Positions 9,056 through 17,681 of a DNA stretch of 64,000 nucleotides are shown here, one piece after another; positions within the stretch are counted from its first letter, which is position 1; every line of letters starts with the position of its first letter. The stretch lies in NCBI GenBank assembly GCA_963827135.1, contig CAWGZX010000005.1:456176-520175 (forward strand). The letters run 5' to 3'. The position numbers were made by a program, and so were the translations under genes. This stretch comes from Methanomassiliicoccaceae archaeon (GTDB lineage: Archaea > Thermoplasmatota > Thermoplasmata > Methanomassiliicoccales > UBA472). A model generated the notes under the pieces. That model had not been told where the DNA came from. It did no database searches and saw only the letters and a program-made list of their open reading frames with translations.

Positions 9056-10931
9056 CTTACCGCTCCGATGGCCGCCACATCCCCCTCGGCCAATAGCATC
9101 GGGAAATAGGCATAGTCCCACTGGCGGTACACCAGCTTGCCTTGGGCGCTCAGGTCCAGGAGGGAATTGACGTAGACCGTGGTATCGGAAATGGTGTAGA
9201 GCCAGTCGCCGATGAACTGCGCGCGCATCACATACTCCCCTGGACCAGGGGGCACCGTGCCCTTAAGCTCCACTGCATTGTCTCCGATGGCGAAGACGTA
9301 TGCGCCCGAGGTGCAGTTCCAGGTGTCCCTGTCGTAAGAGCTGACCGGTATCACTAGGCTTCCCGTGACCTGATCATAGGTCACCGCCTTGTGGTCCCAG
9401 AGCGCGTCCGAATACGACCACCCGGGCAAGACTAAGCTAGTGACCTCGGCCGGATTGTATGGATCGGAGACATCGAAGAGCGAGATCTTCAGAGAGCCTT
9501 CCTCCATGCCGATTCCGACCAGTCTGGATTCCCCGACAGGGTGCAGATAGGAGGAGAAACCAGGGACCTTGAGCTCGCCCTGCACCCTGGGGGAGGTGGG
9601 ATCGCTTAGGTCAATTACGAAGAGAGGGTCCACCTGCCGGAATGTGACCAGGTAAAGGGTATCGCTGGAGAAGCGGCACGAGTACACACGCTCCCCGGGG
9701 CTAGGTCCTCTAAGGCGCCAACGACCCGCAGATCGCCATCCAGGACGTACACCGCGTTGCGCTGGTTCTCCCAGCTGAAGGTGGTGGCGACGCGGAGCAA
9801 CCCGCCATCCTCATCCAATGCGAACTGGTTGAGCAGATAGCCTGGAACCTCTCCGCGAGCCTTGGCCTCCATTCTCAATCCATCCAGAGAAACCTTGTAG
9901 ATGGTGGTGGTGATCGAGTCCGAGCTGACGGCGACCCCGTCAGCGCTCATAGCCTCCCTCGCGGAGTTGACGATGTCGACCAGCCCCCCACCGTTCCATT
10001 TCTGGAACGTCAGGTACATGGCCTCGGTGGACACGTAGATGGTCGACGTGTACCCGGTCAAGATGGAAGTTAGGTTGCTCTCCATGCTCCCTACGTCAAG
10101 CGCCATTATGTTGAGGAAGGCGGCGGGGTCCTCGCAATCCGGGTCGAAATGAACGTCTGTGATCGGGATCGACTCGGAGTCGTTGTCTTGCCACTCCTTG
10201 GGCAAGGTTACCACCGAATCATACATCCAGAGATAATGCTGGGTCACGATGTAGACTATCCCGCCGCTAAGGCGGCTCGTGACCCCGTAGCCCGATGTCG
10301 CCGCCGTCCCCACAAGCGAAGGTCGTCCCTCCTCGTCCATGGAGAACACGGCGATGACCGTCCTTTCCTCAGGCATGCGCCAAACGGATGGGGCAAAGAC
10401 CGCATAGCTCCCATTGCCAGAATAATCGTAGGGGACGTAGGGCCCGCTCACCGAGACCACGACCACCAGCCTGTCGCCGTAAAGATAGATGCCTTGTATC
10501 CAGACCGAATAGTTGTCCTCGAATCCAAGGGACTGGCGCATGTCGATGGTAGTGGAGTTCGATAGCTCCTCGGGGGGATACGCCTTGATGATGGAGACCT
10601 CGTCACCCGATGCGATATAGAGGAACTTCCCATCTGTCTTTACGCAGTCCGCCTCATCTACGCCCTCCACCTGGACGTTGGTGGTGGAGTGGCGGACGGA
10701 GTCGGCAGGGGCGCCGTTGCCGCTCATGGCCTCCGATCCGAAGTCCTTCCAGATGTCGGAGCTCTGCGACTGCCCGACGAAATCCTGCAGCTGGTGCTGG
10801 GTCCTGAACGTCGGCAGGAGGCCGGAGGCGTCAACTTCCTGGGTGCTAGCCAGCATGATGAAGCCACCGGACAATATAAGACCGAAGGCTATCAGGGCCG
10901 CGATGAAGGCCGATTCTCGTCTTGCGCTCAT
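9052..10931 (-). pseudogene. secreted beta-propeller domain protein (COG4880/Beta_propel-like) interrupted by a 1-nt frameshift
   Basis: Track ORFs 9615-10931 and 9052-9687 overlap in different frames. The N-terminal signal anchor is ALIAFGLILSGGFIMLAS. Restoring one G to the G4 run (plus-strand CCCC, 9693-9696) gives a continuous ...LEDLAPGERVYSCRFSSDTLYLVTFRQVDPLFVIDLSDP..., which matches the conserved family core. Confidence 0.7.
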
Positions 10932-11053
10932 ACTCTATCAGATGCAGATTCGGCTAGGGTGTATACTTACCCCCGCTTGGTGTTGACTTTTTCGTCAACG
11001 CCTCTCCAAAACGATAATGAGGGAGGGGTGCGTATCTTTAGTCAAGTGACGAC

Positions 11054-11416
11054 ATGGCTGAGGAGGCAAGGGTCAGGAACCGTGCTGGGCTGGCGTTCGG
11101 CTATCTCATCATTTGCGCTGCCGTGGCGATATTGATCTCCTGGTACCTGGGCGTTTGGTGGTACTTCTTCCCTATAATGATGATCGCCGGAGGCACCTAC
11201 CTGCTGGTGATCTCGCTAATGGCCTCGAGGGCTTCGGGCAAGGGCGGCTCGATCTTCGTCTACATGCTCCTCTGGGGTGGGATACTGCTCATCCTGGGCG
11301 TGGAGTGGATCGTGAACGACCTGTATCCGGGCAATGTGGTCTTCCTGGTCATCACATTCATGGTGTTCGTGGGCGCGGTGGCGTTGATTGGCTATCTCAT
11401 TCGAGGGCGGGGCTGA
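11054..11416 (+). CDS. hypothetical small integral membrane protein (4 predicted TM)
   Basis: 120-aa ORF, almost entirely hydrophobic helices. No family recognised. Confidence 0.5.
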   Translation: MAEEARVRNRAGLAFGYLIICAAVAILISWYLGVWWYFFPIMMIAGGTYLLVISLMASRASGKGGSIFVYMLLWGGILLILGVEWIVNDLYPGNVVFLVITFMVFVGAVALIGYLIRGRG

Positions 11417-11503
11417 GCTCCTGCTTCTGTGCCCGCCGTCCCATTTTCCCAAATTCTAAATAAGGGTTAATGGAACATCGGGGCCAAGGTTCGGAGGAAG
11501 CAG

Positions 11504-12043
11504 ATGCACGCGATGACTGAGCAATTCATGCACAACGCCTTCGCCGGTGAGTCCATGGCCCATATGCGGTACATGGTCTATGCCGAGGCGGCGGATAAGG
11601 ACGGATTCAAGAACGTGGCCAGGCTATTCAGGGCCGTGGCATTCGCCGAAGAGGTCCATGCCACTGGCCATATGAGGCGCGCGCCCTTCAAGATGGGGTC
11701 GGTGGCGGCCGAGGCTCCCTTCGGCGTCGGCAAGACGTCCGAGAACCTCGCCAATGCCGTCGCAGGTGAGACGTACGAGATCGAGGAAATGTACCCGGTC
11801 TTCATGGAGACGGCCAAGTTCCAAGGGGAGAAGTTGGCCTTGACCTCCTTCGATTGGGCTTTCAGGGCGGAGAAGGTGCACCAGAAGATGTACCAGGAGG
11901 CCAAGGGCCTGGTGGACCAGGGCAAGGACTGGCGCGATGCTAAGGTGCACATCTGCTCCACCTGCGGCTGGACTGTCGAAGGGGATGCCCCAGATGTCTG
12001 CCCGGTCTGCGGTGCCAAGAAGGCGGCCTTCAGGCTATTTTGA
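11504..12043 (+). CDS. rbr: rubrerythrin
   Basis: Ferritin-like diiron motifs (FAGESMAHMRY, EEVH, GETYEIEEMY) plus a C-terminal rubredoxin-type CSTCG...CPVCG. Confidence 0.9.
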   Translation: MHAMTEQFMHNAFAGESMAHMRYMVYAEAADKDGFKNVARLFRAVAFAEEVHATGHMRRAPFKMGSVAAEAPFGVGKTSENLANAVAGETYEIEEMYPVFMETAKFQGEKLALTSFDWAFRAEKVHQKMYQEAKGLVDQGKDWRDAKVHICSTCGWTVEGDAPDVCPVCGAKKAAFRLF

Positions 12044-12168
12044 ACGCTGAGCGTCTCGAAACCTTTTCCAACTTATCCATTTCTTATCGCTGGGGCTCGG
12101 GCTCCATGAGCGGAAGGAAGCATGCGAACCCTTATCTTCCGTGTCTAATGATACGCTGAGCGATTCTG

Positions 12169-13086
12169 ATGAAAGAACGAGCGCTGAGAAAGCTGGTCGA
12201 GAGCAAGCGTTTCCTATTCTTCGGGGGCAAGGGCGGTGTGGGCAAGACTACCATGGCCGCAGCTACGGCACTCTGGCTCGCAGACCAGGGATACAGCACG
12301 CTGATCATCGCTACCGATCCGACTATATCGCTTTCGGCAACGTTCGAGCAGCCGATAAGCGAGACCGAGATTACGCCCATCAGATGTTCCTGCAGGCTCA
12401 GCGGCCTCAACATCAATCCCAAGAAGGCCATGGGCGTCTTCCAGAGCCGGATGACCGGGATGCTAGAAGGGTTCTCGTCCCTTTTCGGGAGCGAGCTGCT
12501 CTCGACGCCATGCACTGAGGAGATAGCCGCCTTCGACCAGTTCGTTTCCTACATGCAGGACACAGAGCACGACAAGCTGGTGTTCGATACTGCCCCGACC
12601 GGGCAAACCCTCAGGGAGCTGAGCATGCCCTTTGACTGGTCCAGCTACGTCTCCAACCAGATCAAGCACCGCCGCGAGCTCTCCGAGGCCTTAGGATTCG
12701 TCTACGATGAGGGAATGATCGAGGACCTGAAGCAAGAGAAGGCCCGCTACGACAATGCGGTCAAGGGTCTGGCGGACGACACCGTATCGGCGTTCACCAT
12801 CGTCACTTTGCCCGAGAAGCTCCCGATAGAGGAGTCGGCCCGTGCCGTAGAGGACCTTGCCAAGTTCGGGATCAAGGTCCCATCCATGATCGTGAACGAG
12901 GTCATCCCTAGGAAGGTGCTTGAAGGCAATTGGTTCCTGGAAAAGAGAAGGGCTACCCAGGAGAGGTACCTGAAGGAGATCGATGAGAGGTTCAAGAGCA
13001 TTATAATCAAGGAAGTGCCGCTCTTGGAGACCGACGTCTACGGAATCGAGAACCTGCGCAAGATCGGAGGCTATCTCTATGACTGA
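12169..13086 (+). CDS. ArsA/GET3-family P-loop ATPase (single-domain)
   Basis: Walker A FFGGKGGVGKTT. Switch II DTAPTGQT, where the canonical sequence is DTAPTGHT. 305 aa. Confidence 0.85.
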   Translation: MKERALRKLVESKRFLFFGGKGGVGKTTMAAATALWLADQGYSTLIIATDPTISLSATFEQPISETEITPIRCSCRLSGLNINPKKAMGVFQSRMTGMLEGFSSLFGSELLSTPCTEEIAAFDQFVSYMQDTEHDKLVFDTAPTGQTLRELSMPFDWSSYVSNQIKHRRELSEALGFVYDEGMIEDLKQEKARYDNAVKGLADDTVSAFTIVTLPEKLPIEESARAVEDLAKFGIKVPSMIVNEVIPRKVLEGNWFLEKRRATQERYLKEIDERFKSIIIKEVPLLETDVYGIENLRKIGGYLYD

Positions 13087-13414
13087 GAAGCTCAAGCTAA
13101 CGCTCCTCTCCTTCGCCTGTTGCAATCCAAAGCTGGCCGTGCATGACAAGGCCTACCTCGAACGGATCAAGGAGGCTTTGACCAAGGTCGGTGCGGAAGC
13201 GGACATCGATCTCGTCCACGCCACGGACGCCATGATGTCGAAGCGCTACGGCTTCATGTCCGACATCATGCCCCTCTTCGACAAATATGGCCAGGCTGTG
13301 ACTCCGGCCTTGTTCGTCAATCAGAAGTTGGAACTTTATGGAGGGGTGCCGACCGTGGACAAGCTGGTCGAGGTCCTGGGTAAGCACCATAAGGCCGATA
13401 TGGCGCAAATCTGA
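13079..13414 (+). CDS. ArsD-like thioredoxin-fold protein (tentative)
   Basis: 111 aa overlapping the ArsA-like gene by 8 nt. N-terminal strand plus vicinal cysteines (LLSFACCNP). The C-terminal PALFVNQKLELYGGVPTVDKLVEVLG resembles ArsD LPLLLLDGETVMAGRYP..L...G (recalled from memory). Confidence 0.5.
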   Translation: MTEKLKLTLLSFACCNPKLAVHDKAYLERIKEALTKVGAEADIDLVHATDAMMSKRYGFMSDIMPLFDKYGQAVTPALFVNQKLELYGGVPTVDKLVEVLGKHHKADMAQI

Positions 13415-13489
13415 ACTCTGGGCTTCTATTCGGTCCGAGCGTGCGTTCCTTGGCAATCCATTTATTGAGCTATCGCGCTAGCATTTAGG

Positions 13490-14299
13490 ATGAGCGAGCG
13501 TCTGAAGGAGGACCTCAGGAAGCGATGCAAGGAACTTGGCATCAACATGGTGGGCGTTGCCCCAGTGGATCGTTGGGACGACCCGCCCTTCCTGCCCTGG
13601 ATACCTGAGGAGTTCCGGCCCAAAGCCATTTTCCCTGAGGGCAGGTCCGTGGTGGTGATCGGGCTTCCGGTCACCTTGCCGGTGCTGGAAACCTCTCCCT
13701 CCATACATTACCACCAGCTCTACAAGACCATCAACGAGATCCTGGACCAGTCCACCTATTGGATATCGAACTTCCTCAACGATCGAGGGCATGCATCGCT
13801 GTTCATCCCCCGGGACGGCTACGGGCACATACAGCTGATGAAGGAGAGGGCCTTGACCTTCTTCTCGCACCGTCATGCGGCCTACCTGGCAGGGCTCGGG
13901 ACCTTCGGCTTGAACAACATGGTGCTGACTAAGGAATACGGTCCAAGGGTGCGGTTCGGAAGCGTTTTCACGAGCGCTGACCTGCCTGGCGACCCGATCA
14001 TGGAGGACCAATTATGCACTCGATGCCTGCGCTGCGTTGAAATCTGCCCGGTGAAAGCCATTGGGGAGGAGGACTACCCCCGGAGCCTGACCGACAAATC
14101 GGCCTGCGCAAGCCGAGCGACGGAGCTTGCCGGCAAGTTCGCCTCGCCCTGCGGCTTCTGCATCAAGGTGTGCCCGATCGGCGAGGACAGGAAGCTGTAC
14201 GGCCGCGAGGACCTGGACATCTACGATGAGGAAGATGTAAGGTTCGACCGCCACCACAAGGCTTGGAAGCACATCAGATCGTATGGCTCAAGGAAGTAG
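13490..14299 (+). CDS. QueG/reductive-dehalogenase-like iron-sulfur protein
   Basis: HRHAAYLAGLGTFGLNNMVLTKEYGPRVRFGSVFT core plus CTRCLRCVEICP and CGFCIKVCP 4Fe-4S motifs. Confidence 0.6.
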   Translation: MSERLKEDLRKRCKELGINMVGVAPVDRWDDPPFLPWIPEEFRPKAIFPEGRSVVVIGLPVTLPVLETSPSIHYHQLYKTINEILDQSTYWISNFLNDRGHASLFIPRDGYGHIQLMKERALTFFSHRHAAYLAGLGTFGLNNMVLTKEYGPRVRFGSVFTSADLPGDPIMEDQLCTRCLRCVEICPVKAIGEEDYPRSLTDKSACASRATELAGKFASPCGFCIKVCPIGEDRKLYGREDLDIYDEEDVRFDRHHKAWKHIRSYGSRK

Positions 14300-14345
14300 C
14301 TGGCTTTGGGACACGATCAATTATTTTTCCCGCAATGTTGTGAGC

Positions 14346-14573
14346 CTAGGGCAGCTCTGTCTTCGCCAGAGTGTAGGAGACGACCATGTTCTTCTTCTTG
14401 ACCTTGACCACTCCCTTCCTCTCCAACTCCTGCAGGGCGTTCATGCATTGCGCCTTCGGGAGCTTGGACAAGGAGGTCACTTTCTCGGCGCTGAGCGCCT
14501 TTTCCTCGCCCACCGCGCCAGCCAGCTTCATTGCGTTGAACAGCTTCTCAGCTTGAGGTGTAACGTTAGCCAT
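14346..14573 (-). CDS. small winged-helix-like protein (hypothetical)
   Basis: 75 aa. LSAEKVTSLSKLPKAQCMNALQELERKGVVKV has a wHTH-like pattern. No family recognised. Confidence 0.4.
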   Translation of the reverse strand: MANVTPQAEKLFNAMKLAGAVGEEKALSAEKVTSLSKLPKAQCMNALQELERKGVVKVKKKNMVVSYTLAKTELP

Positions 14574-14663
14574 ACTACGGAGAGGAAGTTAGCCAGTGCA
14601 TAAAACTATCGGTCGGAGGCTCCGTCGAATCTTGGACGGACGAGCCTGCGGTGGACCGCAACG

Positions 14664-15494
14664 ATGAAAAGGAGATGGTCGTTTCGCATAGACGTGAACG
14701 GGACTAAGGGTTACCTTGGCATCGTAGGCTGCCCCATTCTCGAGGACGAGATCGTGCATTCGGTCCTGAGGGACACGGACATCGCCAATGTCGTTGTAAT
14801 CGAGAATGATGATTCACACAACCTGATACGGAAGCTGAGGAAAGCTGGGACCAAAGCGAGGGTTTCGTCGATCAATGAGAGCGAGCTAGACGCCCTCCCC
14901 CAGGGAGGGTTCAACCTTCTCGTCCTCATGAAGTCGATGGCGTTGCACGAGGACCCGCAGATCTTGCGCCGTGAGGTGGCTAAGGCGGTCGAGCTGATAG
15001 GCCCATTGTGCCGCTCAATCATGCTGTTCTATGGTCTCTGCGGAAACGCGTTCAAGCACCTCCCAGATATCGAGGCGGAGACGAAACATCAGCTCACATT
15101 ACTCACCGACGAACAAGGCAGGCCGGTTGACGATTGCATCGCTGCCGTGCTGGGGGGGACTGATGGTTATTACAGTCTGCTAAAGCGCTATCCTGGCGTC
15201 TTCTACATGACCCCTGGTTGGGCGGAGAACTGGAGGGAGCTGATCTTTAAGATGGAGCTGACCCGGGGTGTGGATAAGGGGGATCTCAGCATGCTTAAGT
15301 GGATGTTCGAGACCGCGGGATACAAGAAGGTGCTGATTCTGGACACCGGGCTGGGCAATCGTGAGGTTTTCGAAGAGAAGGTTGACGACTTCGTGAGGGA
15401 ATTCCGTTTCGAGAGAGTTTCGCTGGAGAAGGAGTTCCTAACCCTGGAAGCGGTGGAGCGTTCCTACGACCGGGCGAAATGTAAATCTCGTTGA
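14664..15494 (+). CDS. DUF1638 domain protein
   Basis: 276 aa. LGIVGCPILEDEIVH and LFYGLCGNAF resemble DUF1638, which is often found near corrinoid methyltransferase systems (recalled from memory). Confidence 0.55.
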   Translation: MKRRWSFRIDVNGTKGYLGIVGCPILEDEIVHSVLRDTDIANVVVIENDDSHNLIRKLRKAGTKARVSSINESELDALPQGGFNLLVLMKSMALHEDPQILRREVAKAVELIGPLCRSIMLFYGLCGNAFKHLPDIEAETKHQLTLLTDEQGRPVDDCIAAVLGGTDGYYSLLKRYPGVFYMTPGWAENWRELIFKMELTRGVDKGDLSMLKWMFETAGYKKVLILDTGLGNREVFEEKVDDFVREFRFERVSLEKEFLTLEAVERSYDRAKCKSR

Positions 15495-15620
15495 TCGATC
15501 CCCAGCTTCACGGCATTCCTGTGCGCGCCTTTGATGAAGTGCCAAGGTAAGGGAGAGCCAACTGAGAATCGCGAGAATCCAACCATTGGACCTTGTTGCT
15601 ACCAATCTGGATAAGTAGAT

Positions 15621-15698
15621 TGGCGGACCCGTGGGGATTTGAACCCCAGTCTTTGGCTTCGAAGGCCAAAAGGATAATCCAGACTACCCTACGGGCCC
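15621..15698 (-). tRNA. tRNA-Arg (anticodon UCG), CCA encoded, no intron
   Basis: Hand-folded: acceptor GGGCCCG/CGGGUCC (one G-U); anticodon arm UUGGC-CUUCGAA-GCCAA; T arm UGGGG-UUCAAAU-CCCCA; discriminator G + CCA. Confidence 0.9.
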
Positions 15699-15820
15699 GA
15701 GTAACCCTGGTTATGTGCCTTTTCCAGATAAGGTTTTGTTTCCGCGAAGGAGGGATTTCCTACTGCTACTCGAACCGCTTTAGATAAGGATTAAAGAGAG
15801 CGACGCGCAATCGCCGGGTC

Positions 15821-16867
15821 ATGAAGCGGGTCACGATGGGGCATGGGGCTGGCGGGGAGATGATGCAGGAGCTCATCCACACCCATATCATCCCTTTCCT
15901 TCCAGAGGTGAAGGGCGAGGTGCCCTTGCACTCCTTCGATGATTCCGCGGTCGTGGACGGCATCGTTTTCACTACCGACGGCCATACCGTGAAACCGCTT
16001 TTCTTCCCAGGTGGGGACATCGGGTCCTTGAGCGTGTGTGGCACCGTTAACGACTTATCTGTGATGGGGGGACAGCCCCTGGCAATCTCCTGTTCGATGA
16101 TCCTCGAGGAGGGTCTGGACATAGACGTGCTGGAGAAGGTGTCCAAGAGCATAGGCGAGACCTCGAGGCTGTGCGGCGTCCCAGTGGCCACTGGCGACAC
16201 GAAAGTGATGGAGGCGGGCAAGATCGAGAGGATGGTCATCACCACCTCTGGCATCGGCAGAAGAAGCCCTTTCCTGGACCATGACCTCGAGGTGGCGAGC
16301 TCCTATAGGAAGGTCGATTCGAGATGGATGACCGACGACAACCTCAGGGATGGCGATGTTGTCATATTATCGGGTACCGTAGGCGATCATGGGATCGCCC
16401 TGCTGTCGTTCCGTGAGGGCTATGGTTTCGAGACCCAGGTGAGGAGCGACATAGCGCCTCTCAACCACCTTGTTGAGGACATACTAAGGGTCGGAGGGGC
16501 GGTGTGCATGAAGGACCCGACGCGAGGGGGGTTCGCTAACGCCATCAACGAATGGGCCTCCAAGTCCAAGGTTGGCATCGAGGTCGAAGAGACCGCCATA
16601 CCTATCTCGGAGCCGGTCCGAAACGCCTGTGACATGCTCGGCCTCGATCCCCTTGCGATCGGTAACGAGGGCAAGATGATCGTTGGGGTCGTGCCAGATA
16701 TGGCCGAGGAGGTCCTCATGGCCATAAGACAGAACGAATATGGAAAGGACGCGGCCATTGTCGGAAGGGCATCTGGAAACCTGAAGGGAGTGGTGCTTCG
16801 CACCGAGGTCGGTGGTAGGAGGATCCTTGAGCCCCCGGTCGGTGACCCGGTGCCCCGAATTTGCTGA
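15821..16867 (+). CDS. hypE: hydrogenase maturation protein HypE
   Basis: 348 aa, PurM-like, N-terminal GHGAGG, and the diagnostic C-terminal PRIC. Confidence 0.9.
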   Translation: MKRVTMGHGAGGEMMQELIHTHIIPFLPEVKGEVPLHSFDDSAVVDGIVFTTDGHTVKPLFFPGGDIGSLSVCGTVNDLSVMGGQPLAISCSMILEEGLDIDVLEKVSKSIGETSRLCGVPVATGDTKVMEAGKIERMVITTSGIGRRSPFLDHDLEVASSYRKVDSRWMTDDNLRDGDVVILSGTVGDHGIALLSFREGYGFETQVRSDIAPLNHLVEDILRVGGAVCMKDPTRGGFANAINEWASKSKVGIEVEETAIPISEPVRNACDMLGLDPLAIGNEGKMIVGVVPDMAEEVLMAIRQNEYGKDAAIVGRASGNLKGVVLRTEVGGRRILEPPVGDPVPRIC

Positions 16868-17627
16868 TCAAATGATGCTCTCGATGTAGTAGCATATCAC
16901 GAAGGCGATCGCCCCGATGAAAGCCATTCTCAGCCCCTGGACCCAGGGATTGCGACCGCCCGACCTGCCCATGAGCACCCCCGTAATGAAGAGCACCGAA
17001 ATGGCAAGGGCTATGGCGGCCCAAGCGGCCATGACGATGTCGTCCTTCAATAGGATGAAGGGGGTCAGTATCACCAATCCGACCAGGAGGGGGGCGAGGA
17101 AGATGATGAATGAGATGAGCATCATGCTGGACCTTGCCGATCTGCCGATGTGGGTGTCATTGAGTGGGCGAAGCATCGCTTTTTCAAGGTCTATCTAAGC
17201 GTTTGTTCTGCTCCAGATTCTCCGCCTCATAAGTGCTTACCCCCGTCGAGATGCCAAGGGCCACGGAGCTTGTCAGCATGGTCACGACTGTCAAGCGGAT
17301 GTTGGGATCGCTCGTGAAAGCGGACCCGATGATTATGCCCAACATCACAAATGTGGAATCGAAAATCGTGTTCACTAGGTATCTTCTTATGGTCGGCCAA
17401 GTGCCCGGGAGGCTCATCGCCGCCCTGATTCCCTCTGAGATACTGCTGCGAACCATCGGTGATGACCGCGGGATAGCAAACACGCGCTGCAGGTATTCTA
17501 TCGTTTCGGTCCCTCGGAGCGCAGTATTAATAGGACCTTTTTTTACACAATCCAGTAAACCCAGAAAACTACACAATTTATAAATAGTCAGCGACTGAAT
17601 AATTGCCCTTACGAGTGTGGACGTCAC
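16868..17627 (-). pseudogene. VIT1/CCC1-family iron/manganese transporter split by a 1-nt frameshift
   Basis: ORFs 17184-17627 (...TYEAENLEQNKRLDRP*) and 16868-17176 (MLRPLNDTHIGRSARS...) are 7 nt apart in different frames. Deleting one C of AGACCTTG (plus-strand GG at 17189-17190) gives ...NKRLDRLEKAMLRPLND..., the usual VIT linker. The true start is uncertain (possibly the ATG at 17456, MVRSSISEG). Confidence 0.65.
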
Positions 17628-17681
17628 TACAGGGTTAATTCTATCGTTAGCCCAGGTGGCGTAATCGAAAGGAGGGGCAAG

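Noticed and set aside
10982-10999. The inverted repeat GTTGAC-TTTTTC-GTCAAC in the divergent intergenic region, considered as an operator for the adjacent wHTH.
   Set aside because: A 6+6 inverted repeat with a fixed spacer is expected by chance about 15 times in 64 kb, so it is not significant alone. I mention it only as a weak lead.
16868-17627. In-frame amber (pyrrolysine) read-through considered as an explanation for the split genes, given a possibly Methanomassiliicoccales-like host.
   Set aside because: Both split genes change reading frame (1-nt indels) rather than being interrupted by an in-frame TAG. TAG is used as an ordinary stop, for example in rps2 at 1403-1405.
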